Below are positions 1-18,043 of a stretch of 64,000 bases of DNA, piece by piece. The position numbers and the translations under genes are program-made. Source of the DNA: Trichoplax sp. H2 (taxonomy: Eukaryota); the NCBI GenBank assembly GCA_003344405.1, contig NOWV01000027.1, forward strand, positions 124,001-188,000, written 5' to 3'. Under the pieces are notes generated by a model. That model saw only the letters and a list, made by a program, of their open reading frames with translations. It had not been told where the DNA came from and searched no databases. How positions within the stretch are numbered: the stretch's first letter is position 1; every line of letters starts with the position of its first letter.

Positions 1-3000
1 TTATTCCAGTGGAATGCTTTCAGAGAATCGGCAAAAGTATCCAACTTTTCCGGTGAACTATTAATATCTACGACTTTAATAGTTGTTATTTCAGTCATGG
101 CTGTGTTAGATAGAGTCTCATAGGTCTCTTTGTCATCTAGTGATTTATCACACTTTAAAGTTTCAAGCTTATCGCACACCATTACAGGTGTCTCGTCAAG
201 GTTACTTTTCTGCTGTTCTTTATCTTCATCACTTAAATCGGAGCCATCAATATCTGCAATACCGCTATCAACTGAGCCATTAACTTCATCTGATTTTTTA
301 AAACTTTCCTCTACAATTGTTGTTTCAGCTACATTAACATTTGACGATGTAGACGTTTTGCTGTTGTCTAAAGCAATTTGTCGCTTCTGGCGAAATGTAT
401 ACAGAATGTGAGTCTGTTCCTTGTGCCCTTTAGTTACATCATCTGAACTTGAATTTCTTTTAAAATACCTGATAATTTTTTAAACACACTATCAGAGTAA
501 TGAACAACAGATCATGTACAAGCTTTATAATCTTACTTGCTCCCGTGCCAGCTGGATGGTTCACTATGTATCGGTTGTAGAACCTTCTCCTTCGAAATAT
601 TTTCATTGGCAAAGCTATCTGTTAGTGCTCTTCGAACTTTAGGAGGGCTAGCATCTTCCATAGTTTCATCATCAGTTTCAGGGATATTCTCTTTATTTTC
701 AACTGCAATAAGGGAGATTATGTGAGGAGTTATAATATATCCTAACGCAAAGAATAAGCTAACATAATTGAAAGATTTATTTTGTAATTAGATCAATCAT
801 GATACCTATGGGCAAACTTTTAGTTCTTGGTAACTGAAATTGACTCTTCAATTTTGCTGGTGGACTCTGTAATTTCATATACTTACTTAAAACAGATTGA
901 ATAGGATAACTATGCCTTTTTTTCCGTTTAAAGTTGGTATTGTTCTCATTAGCTTTAAAAATCTTTGGATCTATTGAAGCGTTACTTTCCTGCTGTATTT
1001 TTAAAATGTTAATATTTATGATTATTTAGTATCACTTATCCGATAGAACTTTAGATATCAAGGATTAAATAAAATTATCTACAGTATTTACATTATCATA
1101 TTGGTATTCATATTCATTGAAAGTACATCTGCATATTACTGTTACCTTAAGCGGATCATAATCATTTAAGATCTCTCCAGTAATAGGATCTATATTCCCG
1201 TAAGCTATTGAAATAGCCTTTTCTTTCGTTAATAATCTTTAAATGAGTTAAGAAGAATGCATGTCGAGACGATTACCATTCATGTCATATATTAGATAAC
1301 AGTATTTTTAATTTGAAGAGTGATTTGGTTAGTCAGTCCCAAGCTTAGGGATTCTTCCTTAATGAAGGATACTGTCCAGCATGTTCAAGAGTAGATGGTT
1401 CAATATCTTTCGGATAAGGTGTTAAAGGTATAGTCGTTTTCGTTACAGGATCAAAAACTACTTGATATAAAAACGTTTCATCCGCCATTTTGAACTGTGT
1501 TTCGTAATTCTTTGGGACTTTCATGGTATTTTGTCGTCTTATATATTTAATAGCCTACGACAGTAAAACAATCGAGCCAACTTACATTAGTATGCATGTA
1601 CTTAGTACATTGTACTATGGTTACGTAGCGCCTGGCAGAGGTGTATAGAAGGAAACACTCTACTTTACCAAAAAATATATTTATATAAAAATCGGATAAT
1701 AGCGATACCAACTTACACTGTAAACCTTCATGCGATTTCTTTTCATGATCTTATAAGCCGTTTTTAATCCCATTCCAGGAATAGATGGGAGATAATCACA
1801 CCCTGACAAAATGCATATGTGACGAAAAGCCTCATGGTCGACTCCATTTAGATCGATGTCTTTCACTTCGCGTAAACGATCAAGCCTAATTTCAATACCT
1901 CTTCCATTTGGATCCAATTTAAATAATACCTATAATTTTTGGTAGCCAGAATCAGTTATAGTTAGACAAAGGCCTAGTCAAGCGGATAGTTATTTACTTT
2001 AGGCCGGCAGACAAACACTATTGATTAGTTGACACAGTGAGAAATGTCTTCCATTGCGTTAAAAACTTTAAAAATTAAGATACCTTTTTACATCCGAATA
2101 CCAATAAGTCTGAATCTTCCGTAATGACTGCATCAACCAAACCAGCTTTAGATAAGTAGGCCAATTGGGCATCAGCTTCATATGGGGCAACTATGCATTC
2201 AATATCTTTCTTTCTACATTCCTATCAATTGTTAAAAGGTACCATCCGGTAAATCAGAAAATAGTCTACGAGATATAGTATTATAATAATCAAATGTCAA
2301 TACTAAATTTTGAATCAATTCCAATCTTGCCTTAATCAGTTCTAATGCCATTGCAGGAGTAATATCGACAGCACGACGAAAGCAATCTAATGCATCAATA
2401 TACTTATCTTGACGTAAGTATTCTATTCCTTTAGATTTGTTGAACTGACGATTTCTAAAATATCAAAAATAAAGAAATAAAGAATAAATATACCACTGTT
2501 ATAGAATATTGTAGGATATTATAAAATACTAACATACGCATTTCATTACTACTGTATGCTATTGACATACGTTTATAAAGTGCTGTAGCATTTATCTTTG
2601 TAAGCATTAGATTATATGTGATTGATAAAGTGAATTGAATTACAATGTAAAAATCATGAATACTCACTAAAGTACAAAAATGTAGCTGGCACTGTAATAC
2701 AATTTTTACTATCATAAAAACTTACAATTTTCGCTCTTCCTCTTTTTGCATCTTACTAGGTAGGTGACCACCATCAAAGACCATAATAGGCTTTACGTTA
2801 AAATTTATTAACATTTCTATTCTTTTCATGCAATAATTTACGTACCTACATGATGAATAGGATTCAAAAATAAGTAAACAATATTTAAAGTTTTACGAGC
2901 CCATGTCATCTTGAGAAAGACGCGCTAAAGTCTATGTGTTGATAATATCCAATTCATGATTATACGTGAAATATAATTGAATATTAAAAGACTGTGTTGC

Positions 3001-3412
3001 CAATGTCTGGTGCCAATTTTGCTTAACACTGTTCCAAAAAGTATTCTCAAGATAGAATTACTAAAACGGTCAATACGCGTATAAATCTAGAATTAAATTT
3101 GATACAATACTAAGTTTATAATACTAAGTTTAGTCGTATCCGCTTGCCTTTAGAGCTATTAGAATTGTTAATAAATAAAAAGTTCCGCCGATGTACTATA
3201 CGAGTATGTCGTATAAGTAATAGCATTGTTGATGATCTGGTCTTCACTTACATTCTCGTAGCCTTGCCTTCGATAATTTCCTTTGAACATCCATAGACCC
3301 CTCTATGTAACCAGCAGTACGAATCTACTGCCACAGTACAACCAGCAAATTCTTCGATACGAGCAGGTCTTTGAATTGCCTTAAGTAAAGGCAATAAACC
3401 TTGAATGCCCAT
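1..3412 (-). CDS. EXO1: Exonuclease 1 (XPG/FEN1 family), multi-exon, 3' end runs off the window start
   Basis: Minus-strand start [11 protein letters not shown] at 3412, then [41 protein letters not shown] and [20 protein letters not shown] (ORF 1681..1917), separated by GT-AG introns; low-complexity C-terminal exons towards position 1. Confidence 0.95.
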
Positions 3413-5367
3413 GATTACTCCTTGAAATTTACTTTAGCCGCAGCACATATAGGTTATAATTGTTAGAAGTCAGTCAGGTTCCTCTTTTTAAAATACACTC
3501 TATCCCCGAATGATATAATGTACGAGTATGAGGTATAGGCGAACAATTGCCACTAAATCCAATGTAAAAGAGAATTAAGCGCAACCATGGATACCTATAA
3601 TCATAATAGGGTGTAAAATATATCAATTTTGACATTCAATTAGTAGTATACAGTTATTGATTGATTTGATCGATTCTCGAAATATCAACCTGGTATTTAT
3701 AGCTGTTAGTTTGTTCACAACATTTAACTGACTGTTCTACATAGTTGAAATTTATCCTATTTCAAATAGTGTAGACTTAGTGATGCTCTACTTTGCTATC
3801 GTTGCACGTACTTGTATACTGTAGCTCAACGAGGATGTTATTGTGACGGACTTGAACAGAAATTTATGGTAAGTCACTCTGCCATAAGGATAATTTCCTT
3901 CATCAGAGATTGCCTAATATCGAATTTTATTGAAGTACTGCATTCTATTATCGTCTCTGATATTTTAAACCAAGGTTACTCCCTGTATAACTATGCATTC
4001 ATATGGCTATGACATGAAAGAATGAAGAGTAAGATCCTCGATTTCCAAAGAAATGGACCGTATGAGTTTATTTTTAAACTGATTCATTGTACTGTACATG
4101 ATTGAAAAAATTAAATGACACTGTTTCTTCCAATCAATGTTGAAATAATGCAGATTTTAATGCTCATCTGTAAAGAGAATCAAGGATTTGTTGATCATTT
4201 TACGTGGTTGGAAATTATTGAACTGCTAGCCAAGTATGTCGACAGAAATGGATCATCATCAGTCAGCTCCTACTGTATCATGGCATGGTGTCGCTAAATT
4301 TTCTATCTTTATGGATAGTATTCATCAAATAATGACATTACTCTATACAACATATCACAATTCTACACGTTATTGACTGCTTGCTAGCAACTTGAGGATA
4401 GCCTACGACTGTTGTATGTCTTGGAAAAAGCATTTACACCTATCAATGGCGCTACCTATCCGATATGATCATGCATCGCTCATGACAGACTGAATTATAG
4501 ACTTTCTCTCTACTTTGAACTACGATTACACTGTCAATAACTTATCATTTAACATTATTCAATCAATCCTAAGGGAAATTTCATAGACTAACTGTGGTCT
4601 AATCATGGATAACTGTTTAATTACCTGCCATTTCTACTTTTTGATCTAAGGTTGCACACCACAAAGTCAAAAGTGTTTGTCAGTGCTGGCAATCCCAGTG
4701 TTGAAATACTTGGTGAGATTTCAAGTTTTCCCGCCGTGGATACAGACGTACAGACAGAGATGTCTGTATGTTCCCTACTGTATGACTCACTGTGTCCAAA
4801 ACACAGTCGGATTCATACATAGTCCGTCTTTGAGGCTAACTATAGGGACAACTATGGACAGTATACCACAGTTACTGTACTGTACACTGTGCAGTAGAGT
4901 AGACCAATATGTGTGAAACAAGTGTCATATTAAGTCCTTGTTTTATACTGCAAATACCATTGTCATTTACGACATCTATTTTACTTACATATGTCATCCA
5001 ATATTTCACTGTACTACTTCGCTGTAGAAGAATAAAATTTATTTCAAGTACTTTACTCCTTTTCTACGTCTGCTAGGAGGAGAATTAGAATGCCTCTTTC
5101 TGACCAGCTAGTGGCCTCTTCTTTGCCGCTTATTACAGCGGTAGAGTTCGAAGCTCTCTTTGCCATCTTTGTACTGTATAGTATGGGATAGCAATTCCGG
5201 TGTACTGTTCTGGAGGTGTTTTTGTCTTTACGCATGTTCAGTAAAATACTACAGTGTACAGTGCAGCGTCCTACTGCATAGTACTGTACTGAAGAACGAA
5301 AGTACTGTAACTTGCGTGAGACACTCAACCATCGAGAGATCCCTGTAGACAGACAATCTTGGAAATC

Positions 5368-8112
5368 ATGGCGGAACCATCGCCGCTGCAAATCTCTTGG
5401 CAAGACAGCAATTGGATCCCCAATCTTACTCCTGATAATGTATTAGACTATTTCTCACAGCGTAGTAACCCATTCTATGATCGAACATGTAATAATGAAG
5501 TGATCAAGATGCAGAGATTAGAAGCATCACGGTTAAAGTAAGCACAGCCAATGAATTGAAACACTGCTACACTTTCATTCTCTATAGCAGATTCTACGAC
5601 GCTTTCTTTTCGACGCGTCGAAATCAATCAAAACGTCATGAAAAATACTGGACTGTTGTAAAATGAACCTTGTACTTTACTATGATGATGGAAGTAGAAT
5701 ACTATTCGGCTTACATTTTCGACATCGACAAGTACCCAGCAGTTTTTCTACCTATTGCGCTATGCCTTAGTATTATCGATGGACTGGTCTAGTACAGTAT
5801 AAGTTATCCAGTTGAATAAATTGCATCTGTCTACATGTGGATTAAAATAGTTACATGCTCCAATTGGTGTAACGAGTTGTTAAGCCAATATAAACAAATA
5901 GGCTCATATCAGGTTTACTCTTGCACGAAATACTGTACTGTATACATTATTTTCTCGGCTTATTATGAATACATCATAAACTACAAAAATGGTTAGGTTC
6001 AAATCTCGGACAAAAACTTCTACTGTCGCAGCATCGAATGTAGGCTACTAAAGAGACTCTTCTCTTTAATAGTCCTTGATCCAATCACGTTTTCATTGTG
6101 AACAATGATCACAAATGTTTTTATGCCATATCCAAGCCACATTATTCCTCTATGCAATAATACTACTGTACATCTAAGAGAGGAACTCACTTCTACTTTT
6201 GTTATTCATTCAAATATTGCAATGGCCTAGATCTTTAACTGGTATTGAATACGATCTAATCCACGTACAAGATCCAATCTTATACATTATACGTAAGCAG
6301 CATAGACATTCACCAACAGAAGGTAAGAATGCATATTTTAACCTACATAACAGAATAGTTTGATCTTTTAAAGACTTAAAGTTGAAACACTGCAGTAATT
6401 GCATTAAACCATAATAACTTTGTTGCAATTGTCATACGTAGTATGGCAATGTTATAGCAATATCCTTCTACTGTATTCTATGTACAGTACTTTTGCGCAA
6501 CCAGTACCTAATACCTATGTTTATTTTGTACCATTTAAATTCAAAACTAAGTAAACTCGTAAATGAAATGATGTATTATAGAGTTTTGCTTATATTGTTA
6601 CGGATCAACAGATTAGCTTATAACGTTGCCATATGACGTTCAAAATACTTTTCGCTTGAACTACAGTAAAATGTATATATAACTACACTAAAATGTGGTA
6701 ATTACAAAATATTGATACTAGTATCCTAGCTAAAAATAAATCTGCAATGACTACAGTGGCCATATTTATAAATTTTTTACAGTTACTCCACTGGCTGAAT
6801 ATTATGTTTTAGCTGGTGTGGTTTACCAAGCTCCTGACCTTGCCTCTCTATTAAATTCCAGATTGGTAAGTTAACGTATTGCAGTGGATTTAGTAACAAA
6901 TGATACGTCACATTGCATACTCTGAAGGACAGTATGTTTATAATGTAATCATATTAAAGATTCAATTCTTTGTCAATCTTATAGCTATCGGCGTTATACC
7001 ATATTCAATCGGCCTATAATGAAGGTATTTTATTACATAAATGAAAAATCTTTGTAAAAAAATTATTATTGTCTTATAACTTTTAAACAGAGTTTAATAT
7101 AATGGTATTACGCCATCCCTGCATTTTAAGAAGAGCGTTGTAATGCTCTTTCACTTGCATATTCAATTATACATACCCTAATATCAGCATCTGGATAAGC
7201 CTACTATAATTAAAATTGCCATTCAAATATGTAATTGGACTCTTGATACTTTTATTAGTCGTGCTATTCTAAATTTTACATACTGTCTCAATGTAATCAG
7301 CTGGCAAAGTTTAATTGCAAGATAACAACCCTGCTAATTGCTACACCGCCTGATAATCCTATTATATCCTATATTCTGATATAATATACTTTAAAATATA
7401 TATAATTATAGCAATGTCCTATTCACGTTTTGAAGCTGGTAAAGATTATTACTGGGAATTTGAAAAGAAAGGTATAACGTCTCCTAGAAGACCATGTCTT
7501 TAAAATACCTATCTTTTATATGTATCTGTAATATTACTCATGTTGAGGTATCTCCTTCAATAATGTAGCAAAATCGAAAGCAGCTTCTTCAAACCGTCAT
7601 GAACTTTCCAGTACCTTGTTTCAGAGGAAAAAAGTCGATGCAGTATTAACAGACTTTTCAAAAAAATTCCCCCCAAAACACATCAAGGTTGCAAACTTGT
7701 CAATATCTCAATTTCATATCATCGAAATTATATCCATTAAATAACCTAAATATATTATATACATTTATATTTTAGCCTTCTTTTTGGGGAAGTCAGCAAT
7801 CCAATGGTAAGGCGATTAATAATAGTGCATGAGGATGTAAATTGTTAATTATAACACCATGGGAAGAGCAATTTATCTATTTAACACTAACCCTATCTAT
7901 GAAATTTTCCTTCCTCTTATCGCTATGACTATCAAGGTGTAGATAATCCTGATGGTGTCACTCAGGCTGACAACCAAAACGTCAAAAACCAAGGCAGAAA
8001 TGATCTTTTGGAGAATGGGCAAAAACATTTACGTGATAACTTCAATACTGGCAATGAATTAACCGAAAACATCGATGCACAAATGATACCTAACAAAAAG
8101 AGGAAACTGTAA
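5368..8112 (+). CDS. MED6: Mediator complex subunit 6, multi-exon
   Basis: Exon 1 [42 protein letters not shown]; later exons [50 protein letters not shown]; ends PNKKRKL* (TAA 8110-8112). Confidence 0.93.
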
Positions 8113-9165
8113 ATTTATTGCAAATTTCGCCAATCGATTACTTAAGTGATTATACGTATCTTGGCTTACTATATAGTAATGTAAAAACTTTAAAAACTTT
8201 TGTAGTAATACAGTAATTCGCCGTTTATTGATTTCCTTCGACGGTACACATACTAGTACTAGATCGAATGCAAATTTAAAACTATTGCTACAACCGATAT
8301 AGCATTCTAACTCTGTCCAAAGTAATTTATACATAGTAACAGCAATGAGGCAGAATACTATAGTTTATAAATTGTTCATAGGATTATACCATATAATAAT
8401 TTATCCGCAAGACAGAGTGTTTATAATTAAAGTTTGGAACGGTCATTCAACCATGTTGAATAGAAATTTCGATTCATAATAATTTTTAATAATCATAAAC
8501 TATCTACCTTCCTAGTAATTACTAGTTACTTATCGCATCTTAAATAATGGATATCCATTGTGTTATATATTTTATTAAATGATACATACTGCCCAATGGT
8601 ATTTTTGCAATTAATTGTGGACTCCCCTGATCAATCAAAATTATTTACGAAATAGTCATTACCAAAAACTTGCGGACAACGACATTTAGTCGTTAGGGTT
8701 TACGAGAAGGTCGGTGCTAAATTAACAAAGTATGCCTACAATGTACTCATCGTACTTTTACAGTACAGTTACATTACAATTAGTATCAGGCCGTAAGCAA
8801 TACCCCTATTAACATATGTAAGTATTTTATTATTACAAAATTATTACAACATGTAAGACACATTGAAATATCTCTTCCATTCCAGTTTTCGTAACATCAA
8901 TGACAAAACTTATTCTCGTGTAAAATTGTCAGACATACATATATCGTTACGTTTATAACTATATATATATATATATGTATATATACATTATGACAAAATA
9001 CTACTACATAATACGAATATATTGTTAGATTGCGATGAAATATTGGTCGAAAATTTTATATTAGGCATAATGCGACACATCCGTCCATTAGTTATAAAAT
9101 TAAATACTCATACTATAGATAAATCATTCTCACAGTAAATCTATAACATAAATTGATATAGCTAA

Positions 9166-11780
<2,615 letters not shown>

Positions 11781-12080
11781 TGAGAGCTTTACTTGACAGT
11801 AACAGTACAAACGGAGATTGCTAGCTGTCAAATATGCCGTCCAGTGTCGATTACAGTGTATAGTACTGTATGTTACAGTACACGATACTGTGGCAATGTC
11901 GTGATTTGTTGACTTTGACTGCACCATGGGACTTCTACAGTACTGTACTATAGTGTACCGTAGATACCTCGAAGTCTATGACTGTGCCCACTGCCCACCT
12001 GTCACCACCTAACCGGTGACCACAGTGTTGGTGCACCCTAGTGTACAGTAACACTGAGAAGAAAAGAGAGGTAACACTAG

Positions 12081-12224
12081 CAGGGACTACACCATCTGAA
12101 TTCACTCCGTGCATAAAAATTGTCACCCCTTCCCTAGAACGACAACACATCTTTTCATTCTCTTACGAGGGAAGAGGTGATAACTTTTATGCAATGGGGT
12201 ACAATTTGGATGGAGTAGTCCCGG
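12081..12224. mobile_element. Putative short MITE / fold-back element
   Basis: Imperfect ~53-bp inverted arms (gggactacaccatc...tgcataaaaattgtcacccct versus the reverse complement ending gtagtccc) around a ~32-bp loop; flanks acactag / acactgg resemble a degraded TSD. Confidence 0.55.
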
Positions 12225-13440
12225 ACACTGGACGGAAGGCTCATCCAAGGACTTGTGAGCTCATCGCACCGCGTAAAAAAATGTCTAGGCCGGTAGTAAC
12301 CAGACCAGGCTGACCAGAATTGCGATAACATGTCGCTTTACTGGCATACTTTCTCTAGTTTTCGTATAATTAAATGGTACTTACGACTACGTAGAATAAA
12401 CTGTATAAAAATTTACAGCTTTGGTGGACACCTGCTGACTATGAAATTCCACCTCTTTGAATAAAGTGATCTGATTAATCACCTTTCAGCATTGACCATG
12501 GACTGAATAGGGCAATCAACATATCTGCGCATAGATCGATATTGTCATATGATATACGTATATAAGCAGAGTCATTTGTGTATCAAGTAGCATACTGCTA
12601 CAATTGGGTTTTTACTTCATAAATACATAAATTCAAGAGTCTACAACGTCATACACAGACTTTAAATACTCGTATATCGAGATCCTAACTACAAGTCCTA
12701 AAGTAAATCGAGTAGTTCATCTGCTGATAATCAATTATATAGCTTATATTATCATATTGTACAATACACTGCCTCGATTGCATGATACGATCAAACCTTG
12801 TTATTCTCAGGGTCATTAAGAACAACAGTTACAAGAAAATAATCGCTGAATCCATTCAGAGCTTGTTAATCCAGTCGGGAGTGTCTACAGCCAATCCCTT
12901 ACGTTTTCTTTAAAGAAATATGAGTACCTTGGCAAATTCATTTTTTTTTTTTTAGTTACTCTATGCAGACCCCCGATCAATTATTCTTCTTACAGCTTTG
13001 CAACCCAATCACCAGTAGTGACCTATTAACCTTGGCATTCATTCTTTCTTTATTCTGTGTCGCAAACATAACTTTTAGTTACTATCAATTGAAGGGCTAG
13101 TGATTTGCGCTGGAGAGTAAAAAATAATCAATTTATTTAAATTAGACTATTTCAGCCCAACGCTATCATGAATTCAATAATATACCTCACATTCAATATT
13201 TATCGGCCGTATTTTTACTTGCTTGCCTTCAATTGCTGTATATTACCTCTTGCCTACATACGTAGTATCCTTACGATAAAAGTGCAATTCAATTGAATTT
13301 AACCTTCTATGCATTTATACGTTGTACATGCCTATTAGATTACAATTCATGTTATTTTAGCTACTGCATAGCAAATAATAACATCCATTGATCGCCACCC
13401 CTCCCTAAAATAGTTATTGTCCTTCTGATGGTAATGCATG

Positions 13441-16400
13441 ATGGCTAAGATAACTCGTGTCGTTGCTGCAGTAAATTTGATATTAGCGATAGCCTACGTC
13501 GTCATAGCAATAGCATGGGGCCAATTATTATATCCGATAAATCCTTCTTCTCAATCAGCGGAACCACTTGCTGAAATTGCCATCTTAATAGCAACGGTAA
13601 GACTCTAGGTCATGTTATACGATCATCGCATAATATCATAATCATATATAAAAATAAGTCAAAATTCTAAATTTGAACCTTTGTAAATCTCTACTATCCA
13701 AATAAGTGATTATTTTAAACAGTAATCCTCGATCATTACTACAATTAGAATAATCATCGTGAATTAGATAATATTCTTTACAGCCGATAGGATAATCAAG
13801 CTCGATTGAAAATCTATAAAATAGTCGCTTAATAACCATGATCACCGAGTGTTAATAATTGTGATCAAGGACTGTGGACTGTCAAATTAGGGACGATACA
13901 AATGAAAAACATCATTAAAATTAGAATAGGAAAAGAATAATGATAATACCACAGTGCTTGAAATATTCTGTATGAACTCTAAACATGCTGCATATTGCAT
14001 CAGTCACCAGCATAGAAACATGTAAAGTTGGCGGCAGACCATACTTGTTCAAGTTTAGAAACGTTTCGAATCAACAAGTTGATTATCTCTTCTAATTGAA
14101 GTCCTGCATTCGCGTCTAACCGATTAAATATCAGTTAATGACTGATTTAATACAGGAATAACAACATGAAAAAAATCGTAACTTTATAGTAGAGTAATTG
14201 ATTATCATAATGCTAGAGCTTTCAAAACGTGTCATTCCTAATCACTACGCTCATACTACCGACCACAAAAACTGAAATATGCGTATTAATAATAATATAC
14301 TCGTACATATAATAGAATTGAAGGTAGATTCTATTTATTAATTACAATTACCATCAGAATAAATAAGATAAATATTAGCCCCATTAAAATTTTGAAAGCA
14401 AGCAATTTTAATAGCCATGAGTACTAAACTTAAAACAAATGACTAATCAACGACAAAAAAAGACAATATGCATACGAAAATTCAGTAATAGCAGTTATTG
14501 CATAGTAGAACAAAATAATAATGCAATAGCATTCAAAAGATATCGTATTATCTCTAAATACCATACACTAAATATATATTTACGCGTATATACGGTGTAT
14601 ACTAAGGCCATTCCTAGGAGCACTTTCAGCCTTAACTGAAAATTTTATCAATAACGGAAATAAATTTTATCACCTACCAATAATTAATTAATAGTTATTA
14701 TAATCAATTACAAATATTACAGCTAGAAAGAAACAGTGTAATAAGAAATTGATTTTGATTTTTTCCCATACATGATAAGTTGGGAGCATTGGCAATGATA
14801 GGACTTTGGCAAGGAGATCACCAAAACTCTTCCGGTCAGGTTAGTTCGAAAAAAGTGTACAGTAGTCTCAGATCGAATCAAGGTAGAAGTACATGAAGAA
14901 TCATTATCATGATTATAACATTATTCTAGGTTATAAAAAATTTGTTGCTAGAAATAAAAATAATATGAATTTTTATATATTACGTAGATTGCAGCAATTA
15001 TAGTCATGTCTATCATATCGATCTTCCTGGCCATTGTCAATCTCGCTAAAAGTACCCCATACATGCTGATTATTCAAGGCCAGTTTGGTTCTGCAGGATT
15101 AATAACTTATGCATTCTTCGTTCTGCTCTCAGCTATTACGATGTATTGTGAAGGTTGGATGATCGATCTCTTATATCATGAAATCGCTAATACAACTTAC
15201 ACCAATTCTCCCACAGCTTATGATGACAACAACTGGAAATATGACATACATAGGACTAAAATCAATAGTAAATGGATAAAGATTAATTTTATTATATCAT
15301 TATCTATCTTTGGAATTGGAGTTTTATGCCTCTTTATTAATACAATGGAGCTATCCAGATCAACCATATTTTCTGGTGCTATGGTATGTGCTCTCACCTG
15401 TCACGCATTATACTGTGACTTTTGACATGAATTACAGTTACACGAGTATATATTACATAATTTTTTGCAATCAGTTTAACCTATATCTATTTGATCATTT
15501 TGTGCTCAATAAAACGGTACTGTCATGTAGATTTCCAATAAAAGTTACAAGAATATAATTTTAGTAATATAATTAAGGTATATATCGATTGTTGTTTAAT
15601 CAAGATTGTACTGATTATTTTAGAGCATTGCAACCTGTACTGTTAATCTCATTGCTAATCGGAAGAAATCAATCAATTTGGTAAATGTATAAATTTAAAT
15701 TTGTTTCTTGCTAGAAAGTATAATCTTAATTGTTACCTACTGGCAGTTCTAGATATTCAAAAGAGAAGAATAAATGAAACCTTTCTATTAAATCATTTGA
15801 TAGTTGTATAATTGATAACTGATCTCCCTTTAAACTATTTAAGTTTTAAAAGCTACCATGCAGTAACACTACAGTAATAATTTGTATATATAATGTACAG
15901 TATTATATCTCATAATATATTTATAGATAAAAATCTATTTGTTACTTATTTCTGCTATGGTTGATTTTTATAGGAAATCTGGACAATTTATATGTATAGA
16001 TGGTCGCTTTTGCTAACAGCCTATACAATAATTATTAACACCTTTAACTTTATGCAATCAATAGCAGCAACAGGAGAAAAACCAAGGACTACAATATTAA
16101 TTTTATATATATTAACGACAGTAATGGCGTTAACACTTGCAATTACAATTTCAATTCCACTTCGCATACTACGATCGGCTATCCACATTTTCAAAGACTT
16201 CTGTCAAACATGGAATGAAGATTTATTGTTGCATATCCTTATATGCATCTACTATATAATCGGAGTACTGTGCATTACAAATTCAATTCTATCGATGGTA
16301 TTAATATCTGGTTATCTTTGTAGTCAGTCCAGTTTTATTATGGGTACCATAGTAAGTAGTTCCATACGTATTTAATGTTAGTGTTGATTCTTGTAATCTA

Positions 16401-18043
16401 AGTAACTCACTACGCAGTATACATGTTTTTCTTTCTCTTCGAAGTAAAAAGTTTCGTATTATTTCTTAAATGTTAATACTTATAATTATATAATTAGTAC
16501 AATCTCTGTACATAAAATATATGACATACCTTTGTCATTCCTAAATTAAGAATAGCTAAATTTTGTCACATTTCTGCATGTCTACTGCATTAATAATAAT
16601 TTACTTGCTTACAGTATTTATTAGGAGCCACCTCCATCTTAGAGAATCGACTAGGAACGACTATGCCAACTGTAAGTAATCATTTAGAATGATTATGCTT
16701 CCGTAATCTTCATTCATAAGTGTGCTATATTAAATCTATACAGTTAGATCGGAATTAAATGGAATATTAACGATTTAATGCCATACGACATTTGATGGTC
16801 ACTTTTCATTCATTATTTTTACTTTGGATTTAATTATTTTTAGAAATAAAATCTAAATGTCAAATGATGAGTAGAACTTACCCATTTTCATCTGTTTACA
16901 AATTATTTACTAATAGGATCAACTTCTTATGTAAACAAGTTAATATTTCAATGATAATTATAGGAAATAGAAAATAAAAACCTGCTAAGGTACATTTTGG
17001 CTATGGCTGTGGCCACTATTTGCACCAACGTTTTCGACTATTTCAAGCTTACATCAAATCTAAATCTAATCATTGGGAAAGATCTATTACTGATGGCATG
17101 GATAATGAATATAGTCACTTTAGCAATAGGACTCTTCGGCTATCTTTATGAATTATATTATAGCTCCTCCAGTCATCATAAAACACAACATCTTAATAAT
17201 TCTCTTTATGCGTCCGCTTTTGGCGTAGTAAGTAACAATTTCACGTTTACGACAAAATGAAGTAGATACTTCTTACTTTCACAATAACGGTAAATTTTAT
17301 TTACTTTACTGATAGCCTTTAAAATACGAATTCTTAGCAATAAAATCTAATATAACTGCAACTTTAATACTAATTTAACCTTTATCTAAAGTTTCTTACA
17401 AAAAATATACAAATGCTTCTGTATATTAGTATCTCTTTTATACATACTGCCTGCAGGAAATTGAAATTTTATAATATATTATTTGTTGGATGGTATTTCA
17501 GAATTAGAATCACTTTGGCATCTGTGCAAAATCTCTATATGCATAACATATAACTGCTATTAATACCCGTTAGTAATTGTAACTTATAATAATATTACTG
17601 TAGTTATAGGTATTTTGTTAATGGCAAAAAATCTATTTTAGTTTAATAATAATACATAGTTCTAGAATTAGTAAGTGATATTACAATGGCCTATAATCGC
17701 TATCTATATTTCTAACTTTATAAACTAATGTGCTTATAGTATATATGAACAAATTTTAACTTACTATTACCTGAAAGATATACCTTTTTTTGATAATATA
17801 AAATAAGTAACTCGTAGACTTAAAATTGTCTACTATCATCCTCTAAAATAACATACTGTACATATAAAATTTCTACACTTTTTCGACTATCCTTTTCGAA
17901 ATATTTCATAAAATGACTTTGCAAGACTCAAATTAAAATTTTTGATATCGTAGGAACCTTCCACACAGGAATTTGTGAACATGGGCTTCAGCCTTGATGA
18001 TGGAGACGATAACGGATCGCAAATAACAAAAACCGAAGTTTAA
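13441..18043 (+). CDS. Unidentified multi-exon multipass membrane protein
   Basis: Hydrophobic open exons bounded by GT-AG (about 13441-13596, 14989-15383, 15974-16350, 16964-17227, 17954-18043, plus small exons); many predicted TM segments; ends SQITKTEV*. No family recognised. Confidence 0.6.

Noticed and set aside
3700..5050. Short ORFs between EXO1 and MED6
   Set aside because: No coherent reading frame or motif; treated as divergent promoter/intergenic DNA.
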